A DNA stretch of 64,000 bases from an uncultured Clostridiaceae bacterium (GCA_964427595.1 CAYRUQ010000003.1:1852-65851); one strand, 5' to 3'. Shown: positions 29,504 to 41,304, counted from the first letter of the stretch. Notes: generated from the sequence alone by a model not told the origin. Numbers and translations are program-made.

Positions 29504-30111
29504 GATTTATCTCCTGAAATGGTAACTCTCCCTTTGAGAGATTGTGAAATAGTCAACTCATCAAGGTATTCAAGATCAGTTCCTACTGGTATTCCATAGG
29601 CTAATCTTGAAACGACTACACCTTCGATATCAGAAAGCGTCTTGGTGATATATAAAGAAGTCGTCTCTCCTTCAAGAGAAGTAGGAAGAGCTAATATCAC
29701 CTCTTTGATATTCTCGTTAATGACTCTTTCTTTTAATGCAGTAATACCGATATCCTCAGGTGTCTTATTCTTCATCGGAGAAAGAGTATCTTTCAAAGAA
29801 AAATACATACCTAAATAACTCTCGGTTCTTTCTAAAGACATGATGTCCTTGCTATCAGAGACGACAAGGAGAGTAGAGTGATCTCTTTTCTCATCTGAGC
29901 AGATAGGACATTTATCCTCAAAATAGGTGCCGCAAGTAGGACAGCATCTGACTTTCTCATCAACGCTTAAAAAACTTTGAATGAATCTGTCTCTCTCGTC
30001 TTTAGAGAGTTTTAAAGTCGCATAAGCGAGTCTTTCAGCTGTCTTATTACCAACACCAGGTAATTTCTTATAACAAGCGATGAGTTCAGAAATGGTCTCA
30101 ATAGTTTTCAT
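29500..30111 (-). CDS. recR: Recombination protein RecR
   Basis: KLPGVGNKTAERLAY, C4 zinc finger, Toprim region. Start moved to MKTIET. Confidence 0.93.
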   Translation of the reverse strand: MKTIETISELIACYKKLPGVGNKTAERLAYATLKLSKDERDRFIQSFLSVDEKVRCCPTCGTYFEDKCPICSDEKRDHSTLLVVSDSKDIMSLERTESYLGMYFSLKDTLSPMKNKTPEDIGITALKERVINENIKEVILALPTSLEGETTSLYITKTLSDIEGVVVSRLAYGIPVGTDLEYLDELTISQSLKGRVTISGDKS

Positions 30112-30442
30112 CACTATCCTTTTGCATGCGCATGATGTCGCTCTCAAACTGCTTAGTGACAGTCTCGATATCTGTTTTCACTGCTTCATAAAGATTAGCG
30201 AGACACTTGATAAAAGCAATCTCAATCTGCCCCTTACTAGCAGTTTCATAATAAGTTTGATCGATATGAACACTGATGACTTCAAAAGTGCCTTTCATGA
30301 CGATGTTCACACCTTGAACACGTCCTGAATATTCTTTGCTTTGAAGCTCTTGATTCTTAGCTTGAAACTCTTTTGCTTTGTCTTGAAGCAATGCTAATTT
30401 GACAGCTTGTTCTGACTTTTTAATATTTTCATCTTCGGACAT
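30098..30442 (-). CDS. ybaB: YbaB/EbfC nucleoid-associated protein
   Basis: Lies between dnaX and recR. Has a coiled N-terminus followed by GVNIVMKGTFEVISVHID. Confidence 0.8.
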   Translation of the reverse strand: MSEDENIKKSEQAVKLALLQDKAKEFQAKNQELQSKEYSGRVQGVNIVMKGTFEVISVHIDQTYYETASKGQIEIAFIKCLANLYEAVKTDIETVTKQFESDIMRMQKDSDENY

Positions 30443-30452
30443 AACACACCTC

Positions 30453-32150
30453 CTAATTTCCTAATAATTCATTGAATAATGAAGTCGAATCATCCGCTTT
30501 CTTCTCTTCACCAAAATCGATTTTTGGCTCTCGAGGAGGAAGACTTCCTTTAACAGTTCTATACTTTTCAACCGCCTTCGCATACTCAGCTTTGGTAATG
30601 GCTAAGATGTGATAGTCTTTTCCAAAAACAGCTTTAGCTATATCACGAAGAGTGTTTTGTGCCTTTTTAGTGTTGATTTTAATCACTTCTGAAGATAGAG
30701 GATTTGTCACTAAAAGAATGTCACATGCAAAGACTACGAGTTTACTTTTCAATAAAGCATGAGCTTCATACGCACTATTTGAACTGGTGTATTGGTTGAT
30801 CTTATCCCAGTCATTGCTGATTTTTTCTCTTGCAGTCTTATTTGCTTGTAGCATTAGATTGACAAGCTCATCTTCATCATATCCGATAGGAGATTCATCT
30901 TCTTTGATTTCAGGTGCTTTGGCAATGAAGCCAGAATTACTATCAGCCTTCTTAACTAACTCAGCCTTGCTATCATACTTGGCTAACTTTTCTTCTTCGT
31001 CAATCTCTTGCTTTTCTTCTTTAACCTTTTCTTCAACAACTGTTTTTTCTCTATTTTCAATTATGACTTCTTTTGTCAAAGTATTTAAAGAGATAAGGTG
31101 GAGAAGAGTGAGTTCAAAATGAGAAAGGAAATTATCTGCAGTTCTATATTCACGCTTAGAAGAGATCAAGTAATCAATCTTATCACTTAGAAGAGCGTTG
31201 TCTTCTTTATATGAAGCGGCTTGCTTTGAATTAAGTTTCTCAAGCAAAGTCTCATCTTTAGTGGTCTGATAAATCAAAATATCTTTATAAACCGTGATTA
31301 AATCAGTATGAAGTCTAGTGATATCAGCACCTTGTTCATACTTACTTTTAACTAGAGAAAGACACTTCTTAGCATCTCCTTTTGAAATCAAAGAGACCAG
31401 TTTTAATTCTTCCTCTGTAGAAAGAAGTCCGAATAAAGAATTGACATCATCGACTTTAAGAATGTCATCACAATAAGAGACCGCTTGATCAAGAAGAGAG
31501 AGAGAATCTCTCACTCCCCCATCTGATAAAGAGGCGATCAGATTTAAAGCCTCCTCCTCATAAGAGATCTTCTCTTTCGTTAAGATTCTCTTCATGTTGG
31601 TGATGAGATCATTTCTGCTGACTTTTGAGAAATCAAATCTTTGTACACGAGAGAGAATAGTAGGTAAGACTTTCTGAGGTTCAGTAGTCGCTAGAATAAA
31701 AACCACAAAAGAAGGCGGTTCTTCTAAGGTTTTTAAAAGAGCGTTGAAAGCAGCAGTAGACATGCTGTGAACTTCATCGATGATGTAGACTTTGAAACGA
31801 GACATCATCGGTTGATAAGCGACATTCTCAATCAACTGTCTCGCACTTTCTACTGAGGAATTAGAAGCAGCGTCAATCTCGATGACATCGATGTGATCTC
31901 CATTCGTGATAGCTTTACAAGAATCACATTCGTTGCACTGATTTCCTATCCCATGATCACAATTTAAAGCTTTGGCAAAAAGTCTCGCCATCGTGGTCTT
32001 TCCAGTGCCTCTCGGCCCACAGAAAAGATAAGCATGAGAAATCTTGTCTTCTTTAAGCGCATTTTTCAAAGTGGTGGTGACAGCTTTCTGTCCTACCACC
32101 TCATCAAAAGTCTGTGGCCTGTACTTATTGTATAAAGCTTGATATGACAA
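30453..32150 (-). CDS. dnaX: DNA polymerase III gamma/tau subunit
   Basis: SYQALYNKYRPQTFDEVVGQ, GPRGTGKTT, zinc module CNECDSC, DEVHM. The likely start is the TTG at 32150 with GAGGAA 6 nt upstream; the ORF-track ATG is at 32186. Confidence 0.9.
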   Translation of the reverse strand: MSYQALYNKYRPQTFDEVVGQKAVTTTLKNALKEDKISHAYLFCGPRGTGKTTMARLFAKALNCDHGIGNQCNECDSCKAITNGDHIDVIEIDAASNSSVESARQLIENVAYQPMMSRFKVYIIDEVHSMSTAAFNALLKTLEEPPSFVVFILATTEPQKVLPTILSRVQRFDFSKVSRNDLITNMKRILTKEKISYEEEALNLIASLSDGGVRDSLSLLDQAVSYCDDILKVDDVNSLFGLLSTEEELKLVSLISKGDAKKCLSLVKSKYEQGADITRLHTDLITVYKDILIYQTTKDETLLEKLNSKQAASYKEDNALLSDKIDYLISSKREYRTADNFLSHFELTLLHLISLNTLTKEVIIENREKTVVEEKVKEEKQEIDEEEKLAKYDSKAELVKKADSNSGFIAKAPEIKEDESPIGYDEDELVNLMLQANKTAREKISNDWDKINQYTSSNSAYEAHALLKSKLVVFACDILLVTNPLSSEVIKINTKKAQNTLRDIAKAVFGKDYHILAITKAEYAKAVEKYRTVKGSLPPREPKIDFGEEKKADDSTSLFNELLGN

Positions 32151-32295
32151 TGTTCGTTCCTCAAAATCCATTAAATTATACAACATACTTCATTTATAGA
32201 AGTCTCTATAAATAAAGTAGTTATTAATTCGGACAAAGTGATTAAGAGATAGTCGTAGTCTTGGAATACACTTAAATTTCCTTATAATTTTTGAT

Positions 32296-33207
32296 ATGAA
32301 AGAAACACTAAAAAAGTTTATAGCTTTCATCTTCAGAATCGATATTTTCAACCGGATCATCGTCTTCATATCGATGATTCTTTTCTTGATACTTCCTTCT
32401 TATGTCCTTTATATGGTTGATGATTACAACACTTATTTAACTACGATTCTTCCCTGCATCATGCTTTTATCATGTTTGATAGGAACTGGGTTATTCACCT
32501 TATATAAACCGACCAAACTATCCATCTTTTACTTCTTAGAATTATTAGTCATTCTCTGTATGTATCGAGAAAATTTCATCTATGTTTCCGTCGTCGGTAT
32601 CGGTATGAATCTTTCAGCCATCTCAACAACAGAGATCGTCTATGCGAGTCTCGGTTTATTTCTCAACACCATATTTATGCTCAAATACTACATGAAAAGA
32701 CCTAACAAATATTCTTTCAAAGATATTACTAATGGTGATTCTTTATATGATTTTCTAAATGCTCGACCTATCAATAAAAAGATTGAAAAAGATATTGAAG
32801 CCTTAGTTGAATCAAGCTCTCAACCAAGTCTTATGCCGATAGTGAAGAAGATAAAATTATCAAGATTTGTCAGAAACTTATCTTATCTCGTCTTCTTGAC
32901 TTGTGTTTTCTTCTATATGTTTAACATTCTAGCTAGAAGCGGAGATTCAGATTTGTGGAGCGTATTAGTGATCAGTCTTTTAGTATCACTATTTTTGATA
33001 GCTTTCACCATCATCTATCCCAAAGATTACAAATACTTGTTTTATTACACAACTATCATATTTGAGATATCCGGTCTCATCTGTTGTAGAAGAGCAGGTT
33101 TATCTCCAGTGTTCTTCATCATAGCTATCTCTATTAATGTGATCTCACTTCTAGTGACTTTAATCACTGAAGGAAGGATTTGGACTGGTGCTGAACCGGA
33201 CGATTAA
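32296..33207 (+). CDS. Polytopic membrane protein, function unknown
   Basis: 303-aa ORF with about 8 hydrophobic helices. No clear SD. Confidence 0.5.
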   Translation: MKETLKKFIAFIFRIDIFNRIIVFISMILFLILPSYVLYMVDDYNTYLTTILPCIMLLSCLIGTGLFTLYKPTKLSIFYFLELLVILCMYRENFIYVSVVGIGMNLSAISTTEIVYASLGLFLNTIFMLKYYMKRPNKYSFKDITNGDSLYDFLNARPINKKIEKDIEALVESSSQPSLMPIVKKIKLSRFVRNLSYLVFLTCVFFYMFNILARSGDSDLWSVLVISLLVSLFLIAFTIIYPKDYKYLFYYTTIIFEISGLICCRRAGLSPVFFIIAISINVISLLVTLITEGRIWTGAEPDD

Positions 33208-34006
33208 TTTTAGAGACGACTAAATATCTATCCCTGTTATTTAAGTCTTTGATTATTTTTGTTTGATAGTCAGGATTAAATTCCAAAAATAATTTTTCAA
33301 TCTTTTGTGATGCTGGGCTTTCTAGTTCAAAACACGCCGTTCCAGCTTCTTCAAGATGTTTATCTATATCTCTGAATATCTCTCGATAAGCATCAAGTCC
33401 ATCTGCTCCAGCAAACAAAGCTAATGAGGGTGAATATTTTGCTTTTAAATAAGGGCTATTCAAAGGGATATAAGGTGGGTTTGAAATGATGAAATCAAAC
33501 TTACCTTTAATGTTTTCAAAATAATCTGATTTTATGAGCTTGATATCAAGTTTGTTATAAGAAGCAGACTTACTAGCCATATTAAGGCAAGCTTCTGAGA
33601 TATCAGAAGCGATGATATCGGCTTTAGAATACTTTCTTTTCAATGCGAGAGCGATAAATCCAGATCCTGTCGCTAAATCGAGAACGCTTTTTGAATTGAG
33701 GTCAAAATTGTTGAAGACATAATCGTATAAGAAACCTTCTGTCTCTACTTCTGGTATCAATACATCTTCGTTAACAAATATACGGACATTTAAAACATCC
33801 ACATATCCGATGATATAAGCGATAGGATAGTCGTCTTTAACAAGCTTTATTATTCTTTCAACTTCATTAGATGAAACATCTGTCTCATCATTTAAATCAT
33901 AAGAAAGAGAAAAGTTTTGATGAAAAACCTCTTCAATTAAAAGCTTGATATCAGCGATACATAAACCGGCTTCTTCAAATTTTCGTCTGACATCAAAGAG
34001 CTTCAT
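33164..34006 (-). CDS. prmC: Release-factor glutamine N5-methyltransferase
   Basis: [20 protein letters not shown]; overlaps the prfA stop. Confidence 0.85.
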   Translation of the reverse strand: MKLFDVRRKFEEAGLCIADIKLLIEEVFHQNFSLSYDLNDETDVSSNEVERIIKLVKDDYPIAYIIGYVDVLNVRIFVNEDVLIPEVETEGFLYDYVFNNFDLNSKSVLDLATGSGFIALALKRKYSKADIIASDISEACLNMASKSASYNKLDIKLIKSDYFENIKGKFDFIISNPPYIPLNSPYLKAKYSPSLALFAGADGLDAYREIFRDIDKHLEEAGTACFELESPASQKIEKLFLEFNPDYQTKIIKDLNNRDRYLVVSKINRPVQHQSKSFLQ

Positions 34007-35102
34007 TTTTGTTATTTAAAAGCTCCTCTGTTTTCTTAGTTTCCTCTTTTAATAAATCAGCTTGATTAGCTTCTCTTAAAGCGTTGAGAAGTTCATCAAT
34101 ATCACCATCCATAAACCTAGGAAGATTGAGTGTGTTCCAAGAGATACGATGATCAGTGACTCTGTTTTGTGGATAGTTATAGGTTCTGATTCTCTCGTTT
34201 CTTTCGCCAGTTCCGACTTTTAGTCTTCTCTCACTACTCCTCTTCTCATCAGCTTCTCCTTCGTACTTAGCTTTGAGTTTGGAGTAAAGCATCTGCATCG
34301 CTATCTCACGATTTTGAATCTGGCTTCTCTCTATCTGACAAGAGACGACGATACCTGTCGGTTTATGAGTGATTCTGACAGCGGATTCTGTCTTATTGAC
34401 ATTTTGTCCACCAGCTCCTGAGGAATGATAAGTATCAACTTCTAAATCTTCGGGATTGATCTTGATGTCGATGCTCTTCTCTTCAGGCATGACTAAAACC
34501 GTAGCGGTAGAAGTTTGAATTCTTCCGTTAGCTTCCGTCACCGGCACTCTTTGAACACGGTGTGCTCCTGATTCAAACTTAAGTTTTGAATAAGCACCTT
34601 TTCCGTTGATTTTAAAGGAGATTAGTGAATATCCACCAAGAGGTGTAGGTTGAGAATCAAGAACCTGAATCTTCCAGTTCTTCTTATCAGCATAGTGAGA
34701 ATACATCCTGTAAAGATCACCAGCGAAGATATCAGCTTCATCTCCTCCTGCAGCTCCTCTTATCTCCATAAGAACATTCTTCTCATCGTTTTCATCTGCA
34801 GGAAGAAGAGCTATCTGAATATCTTTCTCGAGTTTTTCGATTCTTTTTTGAAGGTCAGAGATCTCATTTTTAGCCATCTCTCGGATAGAAGAATCAGAAT
34901 CGTTGAGCATCTCTTTAGCATCCATGAGATTATTCTCACAAGAAACAAGCTCATCAAAGAGTTGAACCGGTTCCTCAAGAAGGGCTCTTTCTTTAGCTAA
35001 AATAGCGACTTCTTTGACATCTAAAACACCAGAAGATAAGCGTTCATCGATATCTTCAAGTCTCTTCTTCATCGTTTTCAGTCGCTCTTTGATGTAATCC
35101 AT
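33993..35102 (-). CDS. prfA: Peptide chain release factor 1
   Basis: GGQ motif ([14 protein letters not shown]) and RF1 tripeptide PVT in [15 protein letters not shown]. Confidence 0.95.
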   Translation of the reverse strand: MDYIKERLKTMKKRLEDIDERLSSGVLDVKEVAILAKERALLEEPVQLFDELVSCENNLMDAKEMLNDSDSSIREMAKNEISDLQKRIEKLEKDIQIALLPADENDEKNVLMEIRGAAGGDEADIFAGDLYRMYSHYADKKNWKIQVLDSQPTPLGGYSLISFKINGKGAYSKLKFESGAHRVQRVPVTEANGRIQTSTATVLVMPEEKSIDIKINPEDLEVDTYHSSGAGGQNVNKTESAVRITHKPTGIVVSCQIERSQIQNREIAMQMLYSKLKAKYEGEADEKRSSERRLKVGTGERNERIRTYNYPQNRVTDHRISWNTLNLPRFMDGDIDELLNALREANQADLLKEETKKTEELLNNKNEAL

Positions 35103-35417
35103 AGGTTGAGTTCCTCTTTGATTTTATAGACAAAATTGACTAATAAGTTAAACACAATACTTATTGTAAACCTTAAAACCTCTTTTTGACCTTAAAAGGA
35201 AGATCTAGAGTTTGATTTTCGCCTTCTTAAAAACTTGAAAAATACAAATTTTGTCAGTTTTTCTCTCTTGCAAGAGGAGGAGAAAAATTTTTACTTCTTA
35301 CTTACCAAGCTTTTGTAATCTGAAGTTTTCAGCAAGATAAATAATGTTTTTATATAAACTACAACCAAACCTTAAATTAAAAGTTGTTTACTTATTTTTA
35401 AATTTTAAAAACAACCA

Positions 35418-35428
35418 CATATAATATG
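35418..35428 (+). promoter_or_regulatory. Palindrome CATATAATATG overlapping a TATAAT -10 upstream of nrdD (candidate operator plus promoter)
   Basis: 11-nt perfect palindrome containing TATAAT (35420-35425), about 115 nt upstream of the nrdD ATG. Confidence 0.4.
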
Positions 35429-35540
35429 CCTTGTATTTCCGAATGTAATTCTGACTATAAAAGTCAGTCCAATTTTAAGAATTCGATTCAGTAGTCTTTT
35501 TTAAAGACTCTCTGATAACCACAAGAAAGGAGAATCCCAC

Positions 35541-37922
35541 ATGATTTCTAGACTAACAAACCCCTATGATGCTTCCACCAATTTAGTTACTAAGATCGTC
35601 AAAAGAGATGGTCGTGTCGTGTCTTTTGATAGCACAAAAATTCTCCTTGCTATCGCAAAAGCTGCTCAAGTCACCTCTGAGACTCTTCCTTTAGGCCCTT
35701 TAACTGATGAAGTCGTCTCTATCATCAATCGCAACTTTTCTGATGTCGATCATCCGGCTACTGTCGAAGATTGTCAGGATATCGTCGAAGATGTCTTAAT
35801 CGAGCATAATTACGCTAAAACAGCTAAGGAATACATCCTTTATAGAGCTAATAGAAACAGAGTCAGAGAAGCTAAGACTGACTTGATGTCCACTATCGAT
35901 GGCATCGCCACCCAAGATTCTTCCGAAAATGACAACAAGAGAGAGAACGCCAATATCGATGGCAATACCGCTATGGGCACGATGCTCAAGTTCGGTTCTG
36001 AGACGGCTAAGGCGTATTACATCAAGAAGATGATCGATCCGAGAATCGCTTTCGCCCACAAAAATGGTGATATCCACATCCATGATCTCGATTTCTATTC
36101 ACTCACTCTCACCTGTTGTCAAATCGATTGCGTCAAACTCTTCAAGAAAGGGTTCTCCACCGGTCATGGTTTCATCAGAGAACCTAACTCAATCAGGACT
36201 TATGCTTCATTAGCTTGCATCGCCATCCAAGCTAATCAAAACGATATGCATGGCGGTCAATCCATCCCCAACTTCGATTACTCAATGGCTCCTGGTGTCA
36301 TCAAGACATTCAATAAAGCTTTCAGAAATAACTGCATCAGAATGGTTGAATTCTTAACCGGAGATGACCGTTATGAAGAAGAGTTAAAAGACTACTTCAA
36401 GAATCTGATCAAAGAGAATAAAGAACCTCGTTATAAGAATCAAAAAACTATCGATGATACTTTCTCTGCTTTAGAGAAAGATTTTCCTGATATCGATTGG
36501 AAGACAATCAAAAATAACATCATTGAATTCGCTGCTAAAGAGACTGAAAATGAGACTTTCCAAGCTATGGAAGCTCTCATTCACAATCTCAACACGATGC
36601 ATTCAAGAGCGGGTGCTCAAGTTCCTTTCTCATCTCTCAACTATGGAACTGATACTTCTCCTGAGGGAAGACTTGTCATCCACATGCTTTTAAAAGCTAC
36701 TGAAGCTGGTTTAGGAGATGGAGAGACTCCTATCTTCCCTATCCAAATCTTCAAAGTCAAAGAAGGAGTCAACTACAATCCTGAAGATCCTAACTACGAT
36801 CTCTTCAGAGAAGCTATCATCTGTTCTGGAAAGAGACTCTTCCCTAATTTCTCCTTCCTTGATGCTCCTTTCAATCTCCAATACTACAAGAAAGGCGATT
36901 ATAATTCTGAGGTCGCTTATATGGGTTGCAGAACCCGTGTCATGGGTAACCACTGGAATCCAAATAATGAAGTCACTTGCGGAAGAGGAAATCTCTCGTT
37001 CACTTCGATCAACTTACCCCGTTTAGGTATCGAATCTAAAGGTGATTTAAATCTCTTCTTCAAAAAGTTAGATGACTGCTGTGATTTAGTCATCAAACAA
37101 CTGAGAGATAGACTTGAGATTCAAAGACACCGTAAAGTTAAGAACATGCCTTTCTTGATGGGTCAAGGCATCTGGATTGATTCTAATAAACTCTCCTGGG
37201 ATGATGAGATCGATTCGATCATCAGAAACGGATCTCTCACGATCGGTTTCATCGGCTTAGCAGAATGCTTAGTCGCTTTGATTGGAAAACATCATGGGGA
37301 AAGTGAAGTAGCTCAAGAGCTCGGTCTTAAGATTCTCCAAGCTATGAATAAGAAAGCTGATGAAGCGAGTGAGAAATACAATCTCAATTTCGCCATCATC
37401 GCCACTCCTGCTGAAGGTTTATCCGGTCGCTTTGTCAAAATCGATGCCCAGAGATATGGAAAACTCAAAGGCATCACTGATAGAGACTACTATACCAATT
37501 CCTTCCATGTCCCTGTTTACTATCCCATCTCCTTATTCAGAAAGATTGATATCGAAGCCCCTTATCATGCTTTGACTAGCGGTGGTCATATCACTTATAT
37601 CGAAGTTGATGGCGATGTCGCTAAAAACCCTGACGCCTTTGAAAAGATCATCCGTCATATGAAGGAAAAAGGAATCGGATATGGAGCCGTCAACCATCCG
37701 ATCGACCGTGATCCTATCTGCGGATACAACGGTATCATCAACGATGCCTGTCCTAAGTGTGGAAGACACGAACAAGATGAGAGTGTCAACTTTGAAAGAA
37801 TCAGAAGAATCACCGGTTATTTAGTCGGTACGCTCGATCGCTTCAATAACGCTAAGAAAGCGGAAGTCGAAGATAGAGTCAAACACAACCGTTTCTCTGA
37901 TCAGAGTGAATTAGGAAAATAA
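35541..37922 (+). CDS. nrdD: Anaerobic ribonucleoside-triphosphate reductase
   Basis: N-terminal ATP-cone VKRDGRVVSFD, C-terminal zinc site CPKCG, glycyl-radical motif RRITGYLVG. Confidence 0.95.
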   Translation: MISRLTNPYDASTNLVTKIVKRDGRVVSFDSTKILLAIAKAAQVTSETLPLGPLTDEVVSIINRNFSDVDHPATVEDCQDIVEDVLIEHNYAKTAKEYILYRANRNRVREAKTDLMSTIDGIATQDSSENDNKRENANIDGNTAMGTMLKFGSETAKAYYIKKMIDPRIAFAHKNGDIHIHDLDFYSLTLTCCQIDCVKLFKKGFSTGHGFIREPNSIRTYASLACIAIQANQNDMHGGQSIPNFDYSMAPGVIKTFNKAFRNNCIRMVEFLTGDDRYEEELKDYFKNLIKENKEPRYKNQKTIDDTFSALEKDFPDIDWKTIKNNIIEFAAKETENETFQAMEALIHNLNTMHSRAGAQVPFSSLNYGTDTSPEGRLVIHMLLKATEAGLGDGETPIFPIQIFKVKEGVNYNPEDPNYDLFREAIICSGKRLFPNFSFLDAPFNLQYYKKGDYNSEVAYMGCRTRVMGNHWNPNNEVTCGRGNLSFTSINLPRLGIESKGDLNLFFKKLDDCCDLVIKQLRDRLEIQRHRKVKNMPFLMGQGIWIDSNKLSWDDEIDSIIRNGSLTIGFIGLAECLVALIGKHHGESEVAQELGLKILQAMNKKADEASEKYNLNFAIIATPAEGLSGRFVKIDAQRYGKLKGITDRDYYTNSFHVPVYYPISLFRKIDIEAPYHALTSGGHITYIEVDGDVAKNPDAFEKIIRHMKEKGIGYGAVNHPIDRDPICGYNGIINDACPKCGRHEQDESVNFERIRRITGYLVGTLDRFNNAKKAEVEDRVKHNRFSDQSELGK

Positions 37923-37929
37923 AACTAGG

Positions 37930-37958
37930 AAGCCTGCTTGTTCAAGCGGGCTTTCTTT
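37930..37958 (+). terminator. Intrinsic terminator/attenuator hairpin between nrdD and nrdG
   Basis: AAGCCTGCTT-GTTC-AAGCGGGCTT is a 10-bp stem with one G-U pair, followed by TCTTT. It lies 8 nt after the nrdD stop and 12 nt before the nrdG ATG. Confidence 0.55.
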
Positions 37959-37970
37959 AAAAGGAAAGAA

Positions 37971-38501
37971 ATGAGATTATCAGATTTTGTTGAAGAATCA
38001 ATCGTCGATGGACCTGGCGTAAGAGTCGCCATCTTTTTCCAAGGTTGTCTTCATCGCTGTGAAGGTTGTCATAATCCTCAGACCTGGTCTTTTGATGGTG
38101 GAACAGAGGTCTCTCTAGATGAGATTGATAAACTTATAGAAAGAAACTTTAAATACACAAGCGGAGTCACTCTCAGCGGTGGAGATCCTTTCTGTGTTCT
38201 TGATGATGCTATCAAGGTAGCGGAGTTAGTCAAAGATAAATATGATTTAAACTTGATCGCTTATAGTGGATACACTTTTGAAGAAATAATTAAAAACGCT
38301 TCTCAAGATAAAAGGTTTTATACCCTTCTTAAGAAGCTTGATTATTTGATTGATGGTCGTTTCATCCTTCCTCTAAGATCACTTGAAATCAACAATAGAG
38401 GATCAAGAAATCAACGGGCGATCGATGTTCAAAAAACATTATCTTTATCAAATACGATCGTATTAGCCGATAATTTGATGGATATGTCTTTTTATCTTTA
38501 G
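37971..38501 (+). CDS. nrdG: Anaerobic ribonucleotide reductase activating protein (radical SAM)
   Basis: DGPGVRVAIFFQGCLHRCEGCHNP. Start moved to MRLSDF (AAAGGAAAGAA SD). Confidence 0.9.
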   Translation: MRLSDFVEESIVDGPGVRVAIFFQGCLHRCEGCHNPQTWSFDGGTEVSLDEIDKLIERNFKYTSGVTLSGGDPFCVLDDAIKVAELVKDKYDLNLIAYSGYTFEEIIKNASQDKRFYTLLKKLDYLIDGRFILPLRSLEINNRGSRNQRAIDVQKTLSLSNTIVLADNLMDMSFYL

Positions 38502-38938
38502 TTTCTTAGCTTAGAAAAACACTCTTTCATCAGATCAAGAAATCTATCATCGTGAAGTCTTGTCACTTCTAAAACATCATCGACAAAGGTGTGGTAATAA
38601 GAAAGCCCACCTTTTTTTTCATCATCAAGAAAATAATAAAGACTTTTGATGTTAGCTTTTAAGATAGCTCCTAAACACATCAGACAAGGTTCTAAAGTGA
38701 CGATTAAAACTGAATTCTTAAGATATTTAACTTTCTTTTCTTTCAAAACCTGTTCAATCAATAAGATCTCTGCGTGAGCGAGCGGATCAGATTCTTCTTC
38801 AACTTTATTTGATGAATAATACTTTTGACCATCTTCAGTCAAAAGACAGCAAGAAACAGGAATCTCTCCTCTTTCTAATGCATCTTTTGCTCTTTGATAA
38901 AGTTGATCACTTATCTCTTGTAAAGTCTTTTTTGTCAT
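38498..38938 (-). CDS. tadA: tRNA-specific adenosine deaminase
   Basis: HAEILLIE and LEPCLMCLGAI. ATG at 38938. The ORF-track GTG at 38956 lies inside the SRP RNA. Confidence 0.85.
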   Translation of the reverse strand: MTKKTLQEISDQLYQRAKDALERGEIPVSCCLLTEDGQKYYSSNKVEEESDPLAHAEILLIEQVLKEKKVKYLKNSVLIVTLEPCLMCLGAILKANIKSLYYFLDDEKKGGLSYYHTFVDDVLEVTRLHDDRFLDLMKECFSKLRN

Positions 38939-38944
38939 AAAGAA

Positions 38945-39027
<83 letters not shown>

Positions 39028-39030
39028 TAA

Positions 39031-39059
39031 ATTATAAGCTTCTTACCCTTCATCCTCAA
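39031..39059 (-). promoter_or_regulatory. Promoter of ffs
   Basis: TTGAGG-N17-TATAAT, ending about 5-7 nt before the SRP RNA 5' stem. Confidence 0.55.
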
Positions 39060-39118
39060 CAATAAAGTTCTTTAATTTCATCCCCGGTTAAAACACAAAA
39101 CATTCTTAATCAAGCACT

Positions 39119-39157
39119 AAAAAAGGCCGTCACAACCTATAAGGTTGTAAAACAGCC
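39119..39157 (-). terminator. Rho-independent terminator after groEL
   Basis: Inner 7-bp stem ACAACCT/AGGTTGT, outer GGCUG/CGGCC, followed by U6. Confidence 0.65.
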
Positions 39158-39179
39158 TAAGGGTTTTTTTATTTAAGGA

Positions 39180-40811
<1,632 letters not shown>

Positions 40812-40827
40812 TCACCTCTTTTAATAA

Positions 40828-41109
40828 TTATTCGACGACAGCCAGGATGTCTTTATCCTGAATCAACATCAACTTTCTTCCGTTTTCTTCGTAATCAGTA
40901 GTGGAGTATTTCTTATAAATGACTTTCTCTCCAACTTTAGCTTCAACATTGATGACATGTCCTTCGTTATCGGTATAACCAGGGCCGACAGCGATGACAG
41001 TAGCGACAGCAGAGTCATTATCATGATTGGTAGCTAAGATGATTCCACCGATTTTTTTCTCTTCAGGAATCTTCTCTAATACAACATAATCTCTTAATGG
41101 TCTAAGCAT
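40828..41109 (-). CDS. groS: Co-chaperonin GroES
   Basis: MLRPLRDYVVLEK...GGIILA; GGAGGA SD. The ORF-track TTG extension covers the CIRCE element. Confidence 0.95.
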   Translation of the reverse strand: MLRPLRDYVVLEKIPEEKKIGGIILATNHDNDSAVATVIAVGPGYTDNEGHVINVEAKVGEKVIYKKYSTTDYEENGRKLMLIQDKDILAVVE

Positions 41110-41167
41110 ATTTTTGTTATCCTCCAAAGCGCCTTTGGTGGCGACTTCAATTATTATAAACAACCGA

Positions 41168-41194
41168 TTAGCAAATTCAAGTGCCAAGTGCTAA
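41168..41194 (-). promoter_or_regulatory. Degenerate CIRCE (HrcA operator) upstream of groES
   Basis: Minus strand TTAGCACTT-GGCACTTGA-ATTTGCTAA against consensus TTAGCACTC-N9-GAGTGCTAA. The left arm matches 8/9 and the right arm 6/9. Confidence 0.6.
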
Positions 41195-41269
41195 ATATTT
41201 AAAGTGTGTTCAAAAAACACCCTTATTTCTCGGCGTTTTTAAGATTGAATATTTTTAATTTTTGTACAT

Positions 41270-41304
41270 AAAAAGGTTGTCAAACCGCTATAGGTTTGAC
41301 AACC
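41270..41304 (-). terminator. Rho-independent terminator after psuG
   Basis: Perfect 12-bp stem GGTTGTCAAACC/GGTTTGACAACC with a 6-nt loop, followed by T5. Confidence 0.8.

Noticed and set aside
35230-35430. Calling canonical tandem NrdR boxes upstream of nrdD
   Set aside because: The two palindromes are odd-length, about 170 bp apart, and match the 16-bp NrdR consensus only loosely. They are reported as candidate operators, not as NrdR boxes.
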